Assembly (NCBI RefSeq): GCF_006345805.1
Contig: NC_043000.1
Span: forward strand, 85,064,001 to 85,128,000
DNA: 64,000 bases
Source: Octopus sinensis
Taxonomy: Eukaryota
Direction: 5' to 3'
The notes beneath the pieces are model-generated. The model saw only the letters and a program-made list of their open reading frames with translations, did no database searches and was not told the origin of the DNA. Of the stretch, positions 13,770 to 26,419 are shown one piece after another. A program made the translations under genes and the position numbers. Within the stretch, counting starts at the first letter, position 1. The number at the start of each line of letters is the position of its first letter.

Positions 13770-14222
13770 CACATTCTTTCACCATGGCCACCAGTTCGAT
13801 GAACACTGCCTTGCCTTCCTGGTTAAGGGAAGGTGGTGGAGCAATTTTCACGAAAGATTCGGTCGACAAGAGAACTCGTCCCACACATGACAGCAGTCGT
13901 TCGGCATAAGCCCACAGGCAAGTCAGTGGCCACCCTCTTCGTTATCTCGTCCAGTTCTTCTCCGTTTGGAGGTCCGAACCAAACCAGACCCCGCGCAACT
14001 CGACCAGTCCGTCGGTCCAGCGTCCCACCACTGAGGTACTGATGGACGGCATGGGCTTGCTTCTCCAGGTGCTGAGCCGCAAGCCCACTGACTTTTCCCA
14101 GTTGATTATCGCTCCTGTTACCGCTTCGTAGTCTTTCAGTGTGTCGCCGACCAGCGCGATGTGCTCCTGGCTAGACACTATGACGGTGACGTCGTCCGCG
14201 TATACGGACATGCTCGTCCCGC
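13770..14222 (-). mobile_element. L1/Tx1-clade LINE reverse-transcriptase fragment
   Basis: SVYADDVTVIV...YEAVTGAIINWEKSVGL...GVWFG...KNW: YADD motif and the following L1/Tx1-like RT segment. Confidence 0.8.
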
Positions 14223-14319
14223 ATGCCGATTCTTAGTGTCTGTCTTTCTATTGCTGCCAGCTGATGATTTAAAATTGACTTGCTAGTCTTATGGGCTTTA
14301 TTTTATACTTTGTTCAAAA

Positions 14320-14480
14320 TGCTTAGCGGCATTTCTTCCGTCTTTAAGTTCTAAGCTCAAATTCCGCCGGAGCCGAATTTGCTTTTCATCCTTTTGGGGT
14401 CGATAAAATAAGTACCTGTTGAGCACTGTGACTTACGCACTTCCCTGAAATTACCGACTTTGTGCTAAAATGTGAAATTA
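14320..14480 (+). mobile_element. SINE family B, partial
   Basis: gcttagcggcatttc...ctcaaattccgcc...gcttttcatccttttggggtcgataaaataagtacc. Confidence 0.75.
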
Positions 14481-15037
14481 TTACTTTATACCTTGTTTCC
14501 TTTGTTCATCTTTAAATTTCATCCAGGCAGGTTGTCTCTATTGTACTCGCTCTACAATTCTCTCGAGTTTCTGAACTACTTTAAATACATTCTACTTAAA
14601 GAGACTAAGCAGTTCTCATAACACCTTCTGGCGAGTTGATGGCATAGTATTACATAAAGTTAGCCTGAAGTAATTATTTCATGATTGTCACTGAAAAACG
14701 TCTAAAGTGTTATAAGTCAATAAATCAACATATATGTTCTATTCTCGTTTTTTATGTATGCATATATATATATATATATTCTCGTTTTTTATGTATGCAT
14801 ATATATATATATATATTCTCGTTTTTTATGTATGCATATATATATGTAGTTGTTTGTATTTGTGTGTATGTGCATGCATGTATGTATGAATGAATGAAAA
14901 GTGGGTCAAATCTGCTTCCCCAGCTATAGGCTCATAAGGCTGGTTTCCCGGATTCTGTGGCGTATATATTCGGCCTCCTGAACGAGACAGGACGCCAGCC
15001 CGTCGCAAGATTACTTATTTTTGTCAGCTGAGTAGAT

Positions 15038-15257
15038 TTATTTCTTTATTGTCCATAGAGGGAGCAAACAAGGACAGGCAAAGGGATTAAGGCGATTATA
15101 TCGACCCCAGTGCTTAACTAGTACTTATTTAATCGACTCCGAAAGGACGAAAGGCAAAATCGACCTCGGTGGAATTCGAACTCTGAACATAACGGCAGAC
15201 GAAATACTGCTAAACATTTCGTTCGGCGTGCTAACGATTCTGCCAGCTCGCCACCCC
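15038..15257 (-). mobile_element. SINE family B, near full length
   Basis: Head GGCGAGCTGGCAGAATCGTTAGCACGCC on the minus strand, with a tail like the 38757 copy. Confidence 0.85.
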
Positions 15258-15386
15258 TCAGGTGAGTAGATTGAAGCAACGAGAAATGCTCAAGAACACA
15301 ATGCATCACACGCTCCAGGAATTGAAACCACAATCTTACGATCATGAATGCAATGCCCTAACCATTAGACTACGAGCCTACACACA

Positions 15387-15417
<31 letters not shown>

Positions 15418-15466
15418 CAACACACACACACACACACACCACACACACACCACACATATATATATA

Positions 15467-15505
<39 letters not shown>

Positions 15506-16385
15506 CATACATGTGTGTGTGTGTGAGAGAGAAAGAGAGAGAGACAGAGAGAGAGACAGAGACAGAAACAGTGAGAAGAGAAATGTGTCATGAATAAATG
15601 TCTGTTGTAGGTATTACATATTAAAATAAAACAAATGCAAGTCTTATCAACACTTTCTCCTTCCACAAATAAATGGAGGTAAATTGTTTGGAAACATCTA
15701 CAGGGACAAAGTATATTATGAAACTTTTCCTCGATTTTAATCTCTACTTTTTGTTGAGTTTCAAATGATCGATGTTTTTCATGATAAAGCACCTGTTTAT
15801 GTTTTACGGTTTTCGCTGGCAACGTGTGATAGCCGTTGGAGCAATGTCAAAAATAAAAAGTAAAGGTTATGAATGTTGATGTGTCTGAGATTCTTAGTTA
15901 TATATCTGCATGCATCATTGAGAGCGATATCCGGATATTTTGTGCATAAAGACCTAGCCCGTATTGAATACACAATCTGCAGATGAATAATATACAGCCA
16001 ATTTTATTAATGTCAGTCTTCGAAGTCTTACACTCCACTGGAAAGCAGGAAATATTTTTTGTTTTATTTATTCATTTATTTGTTTATTTATTTATTGCCC
16101 CTAGATTTCAAACTATTTAAATCGAAGGGTTAACGAGAGTACACAAAAAACATTTTGCGTACTTCCGTTGGCTCTGCGACTTAAATAGGATATTTTATAT
16201 TTTTAAAATTTAAACTATAGTTACTTTCAGCTAAAAATATATTTGGGCTTCTGATAATGTTCCATGTTTGTTCCAACCAACCACATTCTGTTCCGTTTTA
16301 TATTTGCTCCCTTGCTTTTCTCAAGAAATACAGAAACTTAAGTTTACAAAGGATGAGAAATTACATTATTGTCATTAAATTTTAG

Positions 16386-16438
16386 ATCTATAAGACCGTA
16401 CGGTTTCGACCTCTTTGTGGTCATCCTCAGTGGTAGAT
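16386..16438 (-). ncRNA. Minimal type-I hammerhead ribozyme-like motif
   Basis: Minus strand ATCTACCA-CTGAGGA-T-GACC(ACAAAGA)GGTC-GAA-ACCGTACGGT-C^TTATAGAT: intact core, 4-bp helix II, 10-nt palindromic helix III, GUC site; helix I has 6 of 8 pairs. Confidence 0.65.
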
Positions 16439-16887
16439 ATGAGTCCGCTGGAGATAACAGTAGTTCATTCCAGCTCGCAATATAGAGAAAACAAGTGGAA
16501 CACAGTCACTGATCGTGCAACAACCAAATTAGCTAGTTAGAAAATCTCTGGTGGTCTCGTGGCTGGAAGATGGTAGGGGTTCACTCTCCTGCTTGCAATA
16601 TATATCGGGTGCAGATTGCATCGAATAACTAGCTGGAGGTGGCGTCCTCCACGGGTTAAAAATAGCAATAACGTCGATTGCTACGGAACAGCCTTGTTTA
16701 AGTGGCGACAAACATTACTTCTCAGTATAGTTACAGCTTTTATCTCTTATAGAGATTTTCTAACTAGCTAATTTGCTTGTTTCAAAATCAGTGACTGTTG
16801 CCACTTGTTTTGTATATGCTGCAAGCTGGAGTGAACTACTGCTATCTCTAGCGGGCGAGTAACTACCACCGAGGATGACCCCAAGGA
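16411..16887. mobile_element. Inverted-repeat element (about 140-bp arms, 200-bp spacer) with outward-facing hammerhead ends
   Basis: 16411-16549 is the reverse complement of 16751-16887 (agagattttctaactagctaattt...ctaccaccgaggatgacc). Confidence 0.8.
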
Positions 16888-17744
16888 CCTGCTTCTATCT
16901 GCATGTATGCAATTATATGTTTATATGTTCAAATAAAGATGCGTGTCTGAATGTATGTACTCATTTACCTTTGGTTCTACATTGCATACATAAGGTAAGG
17001 AATATACATAAAAATGCATGTTTTCAGGTTAAATTCAATAAGTACGTTTCTTTAAAACCTTTATCACTTAAAATATATTTATACTTAAAAACCACTATAA
17101 GAAACTACTTTCTGAACGATAACTAATGAAAATCACAAAGTATGTTCTAGACCGGAGGTTCCAAAAACAAAAAGACCATGGCAAAGTTCAGTTAGCCCAC
17201 AGAAAAATATAGGAATTGGCGGGGATGCACATGCTCAATGAAGGGGGACATGTACCTCCTACCCTTCTCAAAATTTTCTATCACCGTTTGTTACTCTTTA
17301 AATTTACGCACAAAATCTTACATAATGCACAATACATTTTCAATATGTTACGTTCTGTCATGACCGAAAAAAATAGATTCATTCGTCACTTCAATAATGA
17401 TTTATTATTGATGATTACAGTCTTAAGTTGGCATTGGAAAGTCTTGTATGAATTAAATATGGCGTTACTGCTTTGAAGTCCATGCTCCTAGTTACAACTT
17501 CTAAGAGTAATTACTTGTGTCGCTTCATTGAAGTTTAGGACTGTTGTAAAGTTTCTGAATGGTAAGTAGCTTGGAGAAGAAGTCCTAGCTTCCAAATGTA
17601 ACGTATTTTACTATTCAGATATGTGTGAGTAGGTAAATTTTCTGGAAAAAAACAGCTACAGGATGAAAATGCAAATCATTAGTTTGTAAAAGGTTTATTA
17701 GCACTTTCCTTGGAAAATTTAATCTATTCGGTATAAATATTGAT

Positions 17745-17957
17745 TTCAAATTTTGGTACAAGGCCAGCAGTTTGGGGACAGGGATTAAGTCGATTGCAAC
17801 GACCCTAGTGCTCGAAGAGTACTTATTTTATCGACCTCGAAAGGATGAAAGGCAAAGTTGACCGCTGCGAATTTGAACTCAAAACGTAAAGACGGACGAA
17901 ATGTCGCTAAGCATTTCGCCTGGCGTGCTAACGAGATTGTGCCACCTTGCCGCCTTT
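17745..17957 (-). mobile_element. SINE family B nested in the hAT element
   Basis: Family B consensus interrupts the transposase relic. Confidence 0.85.
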
Positions 17958-18477
17958 TTCAGGATAAATATTGGGCGTAAAGAGTTGATACATTTCCAAC
18001 CTTTTCCACTGTTGAGGAGGAGCTGAAAAAGCACGATATTTTAGTGTACATTGGGCATCTGCACAGTTATATAGAAATTAGGCTCAAAGACCTCCTGGAA
18101 ATGAACAATCCAAGTTTAGTGGTAGATGAATTTGAGAAAAATGTAGCTGATGTTGATATCTGACGAGAGAGTCTTGCTGAGTTGCAGAGTAATGAAATTT
18201 CTCAAACCAAATTTAATCATGAACTCAATAACTTGCAAGCAGTGAAATGGCTGCTAACAAATTCCTATTGATTTTGCAGAAAATAAAATTGTATTTCATT
18301 GCCTGACCTACTTCTTCCTCAATTCAGTCAGATTTTAGTCGAGTTTCTTTCATACTGTCAAAAGTAGAGGTGATCTGTTTCTAACAATCATGGATCCTAC
18401 TGTCGAAAAACTGGCGAAACTGCATCAGCCTCAAGGATTTTACTGCATATATACAGTAGTAAGATAATATATCTTTT

Positions 18478-18894
18478 TTCTCTTTTTTCTCTTTTACTTG
18501 TTTCAGTCATTTGACTGCGGCCATGCTGGAGCACTGCCTTTTAGTCGAGGAGATCGACCCCGGGCTTACAACTTATTCTTTGTAAGCCCAGTACTTATTC
18601 TATCGGTCTCTTATGCCGAACCGCTAAGTGACGGGGACGTAAACACACCAGCATCGGTTGTCAAACAATGCTAGGGGAAAAAACACAGACACACTAACAC
18701 ATACACACATATATATATATATACATATATACGACAGGCTTCTTTCAGTTTCCGTCTACCAAATCCACTCACAAGGCATTGGTCGGCCCGGGGCTATAGC
18801 AGAAGACACTTGCCCAAGATGCCACGCAGTGGGACTGAACCCGGAACCATGTGGTTGGTTAGCAAGCTACTTACCACACAGCCACTCCTGTGCC
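18478..18894 (-). mobile_element. SINE family A, full length, nested in the hAT element
   Basis: Complete family A copy between the transposase end and the right TIR. Confidence 0.9.
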
Positions 18895-19894
18895 TATTTT
18901 GGATATATATATCTTTATAAGGATTTTATTTATACGCTCATAAACGAATCGTTTTTTAGAACTTAATAAATTTCTAGGCGTCAATAGAAGTTTTATGTTA
19001 CCAGTGTTGTATTTAAAAAATAACGTATAATTATAAATGGTTGTTTCGTTGAGCACAGAAAATATATAGTTTTGGGAAATGGAATTAAGAGAAAATAAAT
19101 TTGCAATTAATAGAAACTGATATTTTATGAAATGTATTACGCTAATGGTAGAAAACAGATCACCTTTGAAAAAAAATTAATGCTTATTTGATATTATAAA
19201 TTTTGTTCAAAAATTGTTTTCATTATGCATTCTCAATTTTAAAATATTCAAGGAAATAAATCTCATGTCAATGAAACTAATTTAAAACAATATCTAAAAA
19301 TTTTTGTTAGTATTTGAAAAATTTTACAAATTTAATTTTATTAAAGTTTATCATTTTTCTTAAAAGCGACCTATTTTTACTATTTGATACAAGATCAAAG
19401 TACTTTTTTTTCACTAATAATGTCGGGTTGGGTGGATGCATAAAACGATTCAGATTCCAAGAGAGACATGAACTAAAAGAAAAAATTTGGAACCTCTGTT
19501 CAAGACCATTTTTCACAAATGTATTACAATAGAAAAATAAATGAACAATATTTTTTCTTTTGAGATATTTAAAACCTCTCACAGTAATTTCGTAAGGACC
19601 AGCAATGAAAATAAGACAAATTACTTACCTCTCTCCCTCAGAAAGGACAGGCATAAACAAGCACAAACACGCAAACACTTATTTTATGGACTAAGCCATT
19701 TACACTGATCCACGTTTCCTTCGAAAATAATACAGCAGTCTATTACTTCACCACCTACCCACTCTATTCTATAATCATGCACAATAAAAATCACCAAAAT
19801 GAAATTAAGCAGAATTTACTTTTCAAAGGGTCCCGATAAATTGTGAATATTTCTTGACAGCAAGAAATAGTCTGTGCCTCCTCTCTGTGTGTGC

Positions 19895-20012
<118 letters not shown>

Positions 20013-21084
20013 TGTGTGTGTGTGTGTGATCTTGCTATTCTGGAGTGGGAGTAATTCGCTCCCTTACTCGCAATAAAACAGACAGGTCGTGTTTCGTTAA
20101 CCAGCAGGAAAAGATGTTTTCCTGGGGTTAGGGTTAGGAAGTCGACTTTGCCTTTCATCCTTGTACTGGGTCGATCCAATCGATTGACTCTCTCCCCCAA
20201 AATTTTGGGCCTTGTACCTAGAGTAGAAAAGAATATAATATGGTAGTAACACTTTACTGAATTAAAATGTCTGCTCCTACGCATTATTCCTGACCGAATG
20301 CGTACTCAAAAGAAATAAATGAAGGTCAATTAATTAGTATCCACCCACATTCATTAAGGCTTCAAGTGGTGCATGTGCAGTGTCCAACTTACGGAAACCT
20401 AGTTTCGCAAATATATTTGTTTGTCTTATGACGACGAGTTTCATTTGCAACTTGCCGTGAGGTTGGTTTTATTATTATTTTAACACATTACGTAATATTG
20501 TTGTAACAGCTGATTGTTCGTTAGTTAATTTGACTAAAAAAATACACTTCACCTCATCACACATGCGCGTGTGCGCACATACACACTTGTAGGCGTGCGT
20601 GCACATACACATACGTACGCGCGCTCATACAAACACAAATGTATATTGGGTGTATATTTATACATATACATTTATATATGCGTGTGTGAGTACTTATATG
20701 TGAAAAATGTATGCATGTATATATGTATGTGTGCACGTATGCATACATGTGTTTACGTGTGTGTGTACGTATATATTTATAGAGATGCGTATACGTATGT
20801 GTATGTATGTATATATATACATACGCTAAGCGAAATGCTCGAAGTAGGCAGGGTTAAAGACAGAATTAACGTAAAGAAATATATTTTAATAATAGACAGC
20901 TTTTGGATAGACACTCGGTAGAGTTTCAGACGAAGCACACAACGCAAATTTTGGCTTCTTTTACATTTTTCTAAAAAAACATTCAGATTGCTATGTTTTA
21001 AACGTAGAGAATTACTATTTTACAAAACAAAAAATAATTCGTTTTACAAATTGTAATCTTTTCATTCCTTCCTTCTCTGTTTAA

Positions 21085-22198
21085 CCCTTGGTCTACCAGA
21101 GAAAATGGATGTCACTAATTACCAACTGGACACAATAATTTTCTTTTAATTAAATGGACACAATATTTTTCACAATAAATGGACGCAATATTTTTCTTTT
21201 AATTAAATTTTATTCAAACTACCACTATTTCTTGGCTACATTATATATGCTATCAGGTGAATGAAGAATTACTGTTTTTCACAAATTTTGATAAAAGAAA
21301 AATACAGCTTACAGAATATATTATAATTTTTTTTAAATTACAAAAATATAGAATTACAACTCTTCATGGCAGTGAATGCAGACAACATTGGAATGTTCTT
21401 GGCAAACATGGATATTACAACTCTTACATGTAGTACAAGTTTTCCTGTCTTTTGGGGTGGGGGCATACAAAGAACATCTTCCTTTTTTCCTTGGCTGAGG
21501 AATCTCAAATGAGGTTGAAGATCGTCTTCGATTCTTGTTTGGTTGAGAAATGTTAGCGGAACTGGAAGATTGTTTGTCGTGTTTTTGTTTAGCATTAACT
21601 GAATTAGGCACTGTCTTCTTTTATCCTTGAAACTTTGCAAGCGAAGCTGTTTAGCAACAATGAAAGCATTCACTGCACTTATACCAATCATGTTGTAGAA
21701 TATAACCATAGGCCACCCTCTTGCTGAAAATATACTCCTTGTCTTACTTAGCATGACCAGATTATTATTGGAAGTTCAAATGAATGGGACCAGTCACAAT
21801 ACTGTCAAAAAAGAATGATAATAAGCTGCACTATAGTGCAATTCCGCCAAGTTAACATGATGTTCCTCCATGATATGCGAATTTTCAGATTTCCTGTAGA
21901 TGCAACTGTAGTGGTTAACTGAGCCACTTCATTCACAGATAACCTTATCACTCCAAATAATCTTTTTTGAAAGTGTGCATCTTCCACGTCACTTTTCAGT
22001 CCACTCTTGGTCCGGATCATCTTTTCTGAGAACATGGACTATTCTTGGAATATATCTTTCCCGATGACAACGCTTCAAAATTTGATGGACGCTTGATTTT
22101 AAAATTCTTATTTGACGACTTGTTTGTAGTACGAATTTTCTTGAACTTTAGTATTTCATATCTAGTAATACTAACGTATCTAACTTTAATATTACGTA

Positions 22199-22200
<2 letters not shown>
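21085..22200 (-). mobile_element. Internally deleted piggyBac transposon
   Basis: TTAA (21081-21084) followed by CCCT; subterminal (a)atggac(a/g)caata repeats; peptides RGWPMVIFYNMIGISAVNAFIV and a Cys-rich C-terminus GRC...CTTCKSCNIHVCQEHSNVVCIHC; the other end was not found, so the right boundary is approximate. Confidence 0.8.
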
Positions 22201-22270
<70 letters not shown>

Positions 22271-23019
22271 TGTGTCTGTGTCTCTCTGTGTGTGTGTGCG
22301 TGTCTGAGTGTCACTGCGTGCGTGTGTAAATATTTGAAGAATGTCTCAGGACTGGCTTATGAAACTGAGTAACGGAATGCTGTAAACCGGAACTATAAAC
22401 TTGATACGATAAATATTTTTTCTAAGATACTGAGGTAATTTTTCGTACTTTGTTTATAGCATTGCTCCATATGTCATACACTTACAAACATAAGCCAAGA
22501 TCGGAGGTAAAGGAGTGCGAAACTGCAAGGACTTCCCGGACACCAACTGAAGAGGAAATCGGCAGCGAATGATCCGTGTATCTTGTTTTTGTTCCGTTTG
22601 CCGTTTGTTATGTTATCGTCTATTTTTCTGCATGTGTTTTGCTGATTTACGCTTGTCGTGTTATCTCTGTCCTACCTTTGATTTATCCATGCGGCGCACA
22701 GTACAACCTGTTGTTTACTCTGTTAATATGTATATATATATAAAACAAAGTATGGGAGTTTAATTTACAGGTGATCTAAACAATTAGGTACGCTAGGTAA
22801 GTGTTGTAATGGATTACTATGGTTCCAAGGTTATAGTCCTCTTTAACAATTATACATACATACATACATACATACATACATACATACATACATACATACA
22901 TACATACATGTATGCATGCAGGAAGTAAATAGACACCTTTAATTTTCAAAATCTTTTATTTGATATTAATTGGTTGAAGGAGAGGTTTTCTTCTAGCTGC
23001 TCGTCCATAGTACCCAAGC

Positions 23020-23349
23020 TTATGCAGATATGTAATACGTTCTTGGACTAACTTCTAGCTGTTTTGCAATGTCAGAAGCCTTGGAACGGGGTTCGTTTTC
23101 CACAATTCTCTTCAAACAGGGAAGCTTTCTTTCTGAGGGCCCAGGTCGGGCGGGACGAGCATCTGTTGATACTTTTCCTTGGCTTTTTAATTGCACTATA
23201 ATTCTATTAACAGTAGCAAGAGGAATTTGAAGATTTTCGGCAATTTTTCGCTGGCTAAGACCAGCCTCAGATTGCCCAACAATACGACCGCTTTTAAAAT
23301 CTGACAGTTCTGCTGAATTTTTCGTGCTTGGCATGGTTACTCTTCGCAA
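23020..23349 (-). pseudogene. Tc1-like transposase N-terminal HTH fragment
   Basis: [12 protein letters not shown]...[22 protein letters not shown]...RPARP...[21 protein letters not shown] is a typical Tc1 paired-like DNA-binding region; no catalytic domain. Confidence 0.8.
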
Positions 23350-23488
23350 ATGTTTAATATAATGGCACCTGGAATGAAAAAGAATAATTACATTGTAAAT
23401 TCTACACCACTGAAAACATATTAAGACGCTTAGATCAGAAATTTTGAAAATTAATGGTGTCTATTTACTTCTTGCATGTCTGTTTGTG

Positions 23489-23565
<77 letters not shown>

Positions 23566-23704
23566 TTATTTATATATACACACATGTACACACACACACA
23601 CTCATATGTATGTATGTAAACAAACACATACGCACACACCGTAGAAAGGCATGATGTAGTGCTTTTTTGTTTGAGAGCAAATGTCTTCTTAGACGTGTTA
23701 CTGA

Positions 23705-23762
<58 letters not shown>

Positions 23763-24484
23763 AAGATCGTCTCAGCAATGACTCACAGAATCGCTAGATG
23801 CGTCTTATCCTTCCTGGGGGTTTGTCAGCACCGTATATCCAGTTGTCACACGTACGAACGAAATTCGCCTAATGTACCTATGAACCACTACTGCAACGAT
23901 ATGTGTTTCCCTTTGATATTATAATGTGTATTTAGCACATGCCTAAACAGCATACCTTTCCACAACGTATATATATTTAGTATGATGCACAGTGGACGAT
24001 TTCAATTTAATGGTGTTTTAATTGCGTTTACCGAATGTGTGTGCGCGCGCGCGTGTGTATGAAAATCCATATCAATGTTTATTATTTCTCTTTTATGATA
24101 TACTTTATCGTAGACTTTATTCATGTGTGTGTGTGTGTGTGTGTTGATTTTTTATTGAAACTGAAACTAGGAGTTTGTTTTTTTACTCTAGTTTCACACC
24201 ATTGCGATGTTCGGGCGAGAACTGTTACAATATAGTATTGGTGGTATATTCATATCCTTCGGTGTTCTATGTATGGTCGAGTGTTTGTGTTAAATTATTG
24301 GTTGGCTTTTCTGGCCTCTTCATTGGTTGGTTATGTTATTTTTGTGATGTGATATTCATAATTTTACAGTTTTAAGTGGACGGGTATGTTATTTATTTGT
24401 TTTGGATTTGTTAGTTAGTGAAGGAGTCTTTTATTGTTGTTGTATTTTCCTCTTTTTGTATATGCGTGCGTATGGTTTAAAATA

Positions 24485-24796
24485 ACCCCGATTTACGAAT
24501 TTAATTCATTTCTGAAGGTTGTTCGTCACCCAAAATGTTCGTAAACCGAAATTATTTTTCCCATAGGAAATTCAAAAAGGGCACGGCGAATTCACCCAGG
24601 GATGTGCACTGAGCGAAAGCTTGACAGCAACTGACGTTCTCCCGCTGTTATTCCCAACTTATCGCCAATCGTTGTTACCGGCTTCGTGTTCGTTACTCGA
24701 GATATCATTCGTCACCTAAGACGTTTTATGTTCGAAAAATTGTTCTTAAACCGATATGTTCGTGATGAAAGGCTTTCGTAAACCGAGGGTCGACTG
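24485..24796. mobile_element. pogo/Tigger-like MITE
   Basis: Right end cgtaaaccgagggtcgactg followed by TA; degenerate left end accccgatttacg; inserted in the left arm of the element above. Confidence 0.6.
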
Positions 24797-24957
24797 TAAA
24801 TGTTCTTCAAAAAGGTTGTTTATAAACAGATTACTTGAAAAGTAATTAAGGAGATATCTATTAGTTATATCCTCAATGAATGGTACTATTCACGGTTGAG
24901 TATTTTGGGAAATTGCTTTGGGAGTAAAAAAAAAAGCATTTATTTTTTATAAAATTT

Positions 24958-25027
<70 letters not shown>

Positions 25028-25659
25028 TGCGTGTGTGTGTGTGTATGTGTGTCTCTATTTCAGTTTGTATTTCTTTAGAATTTTGTTCTTTGGCAGGTAT
25101 TCCTATGTTATTGTCTAAATCTAGGATCGTGTTTCTTATTTTGCCAGTGGTCATAAAAATATGTTATGGGAGTGGGTTTCTTTATGAATGTCTATGAGTA
25201 GTGTTAGCTGTGTAGTTAAGGACATATCTTTTATGAATAGATATATTTTCAATGAATGTTTTATAACCGAATAGTTTTTCGTATGTTGCGTTTGTGTTGT
25301 GATGAATAAACATTATGTCTGTGGCATGTGTGTGTTTTGCTTTGGATATGATGGAATTTTTTGTTTTCTTGTTTAGAGGGAGTATGTGTGTGTGTGAGTG
25401 TGTTAATATGCAGTGGGTAAAATCCCTACTCGTATACTGTTTGTCTGTTCTTGGGTTTGTATAATGCGTGTGTATGCATAAAGTGTGTATAAGCATATGC
25501 GTCGGTATATTATGTGTATTATTTTTTTTAAGTCATGCCGTGGACATATGCTTTGCATGCTAAGTGTATGTTAATTTTTTTTCATGTATATGGATGTACG
25601 TGCATGTGTGTGTAATGTTTATTATTGTGGGTGTTTCTGTGGGTTTTTGCTTTTGTTTT

Positions 25660-26100
25660 ATCCCGTTTGCAGTTCAGAACCTTTTTTAAAAGTGAATTTA
25701 TTTTGGGTCCAAATGGGGATATTATCTCATTCCTCTTAGTTAGAATGTATACATTTTGTGTGATCCTGTGGTAATTTTCTATGCTGCTGAAGGGCCAGAT
25801 ATCCAAGCTGTTTATATATGATAGTACATGGTCTATTATTCTCCATTTTATATTTGCAATGATATTTGGTATTCTTTAACTCACAGAGATATTTGGAGAA
25901 GGACGTTGCGTTCCTTTTGCATATGGTCCAGAGTGTGTGTATTTTGTATGTATCTGTCTTTAAAGGTGCTACTAGTGATACCGAGATAGTTTCTTTCTAT
26001 TTGTCCTTTTATGAAACTGGTGATGTATAAACTATGTTTCTTTGTTAAGAATTACCTTGCTGTGTGCAGGCTATAGTTCTTACGCAGTTGCATGTTTTGT
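25660..26100 (-). pseudogene. Penelope-like GIY-YIG endonuclease relic (frameshifted)
   Basis: Minus-strand pieces RNYLGITSSTFKDRY / NATSFSKYLCELK / NIKWRII / LTKRNEIISP match the YIG..T..FK.RY, T.LS.YIW.LK, I.W.I and LNKR.E motifs of PLE endonucleases. Confidence 0.7.
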
Positions 26101-26362
26101 CATGTTTTTTAGTTATCGCAATGTAACTGTAACTGACGTTTGTGCTGTTTTCAACTGAGGATGAAGAATCGACATACTTCGAGAGAAAATTCAGTGGTGT
26201 AGCATAAACCGGGGAGTTTACAAAAATTCAAGTATTAGGTAGTCCAAAGTATTGGTCGGAAAAATAATTTGTGGTATTTCTATTCAGTTGGGAAGTGCTT
26301 ACTGTAGACAATAGCATACCAATACTTGACAAAAAACAAAATTCTAAAGAAATGCAAACTGT

Positions 26363-26419
<57 letters not shown>

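Larger units (their letters stand above)
17153..19498 (+). mobile_element. hAT (Buster/Charlie-type) transposon with both ends and a decayed transposase
   Basis: TIRs CGGAGGTTCCAAA / TTTGGAACCTCTG; 8-bp TSD ttctagac (17145-17152) vs ttcaagac (19499-19506); C-terminal relic ...SSIQSDFSRVS...DPTVEKLAKLHQPQG near 18300-18450. Confidence 0.8.

Noticed and set aside
22535-22585. CTGAAGA...GAATGATC motif
   Set aside because: GAAA altered and helices I and II do not pair convincingly
25182-25496. 104-aa ORF downstream of the GIY-YIG relic, which might imply a permuted endonuclease-before-RT order
   Set aside because: No recognisable RT motif; it could equally be the start of a tandem unit or non-coding
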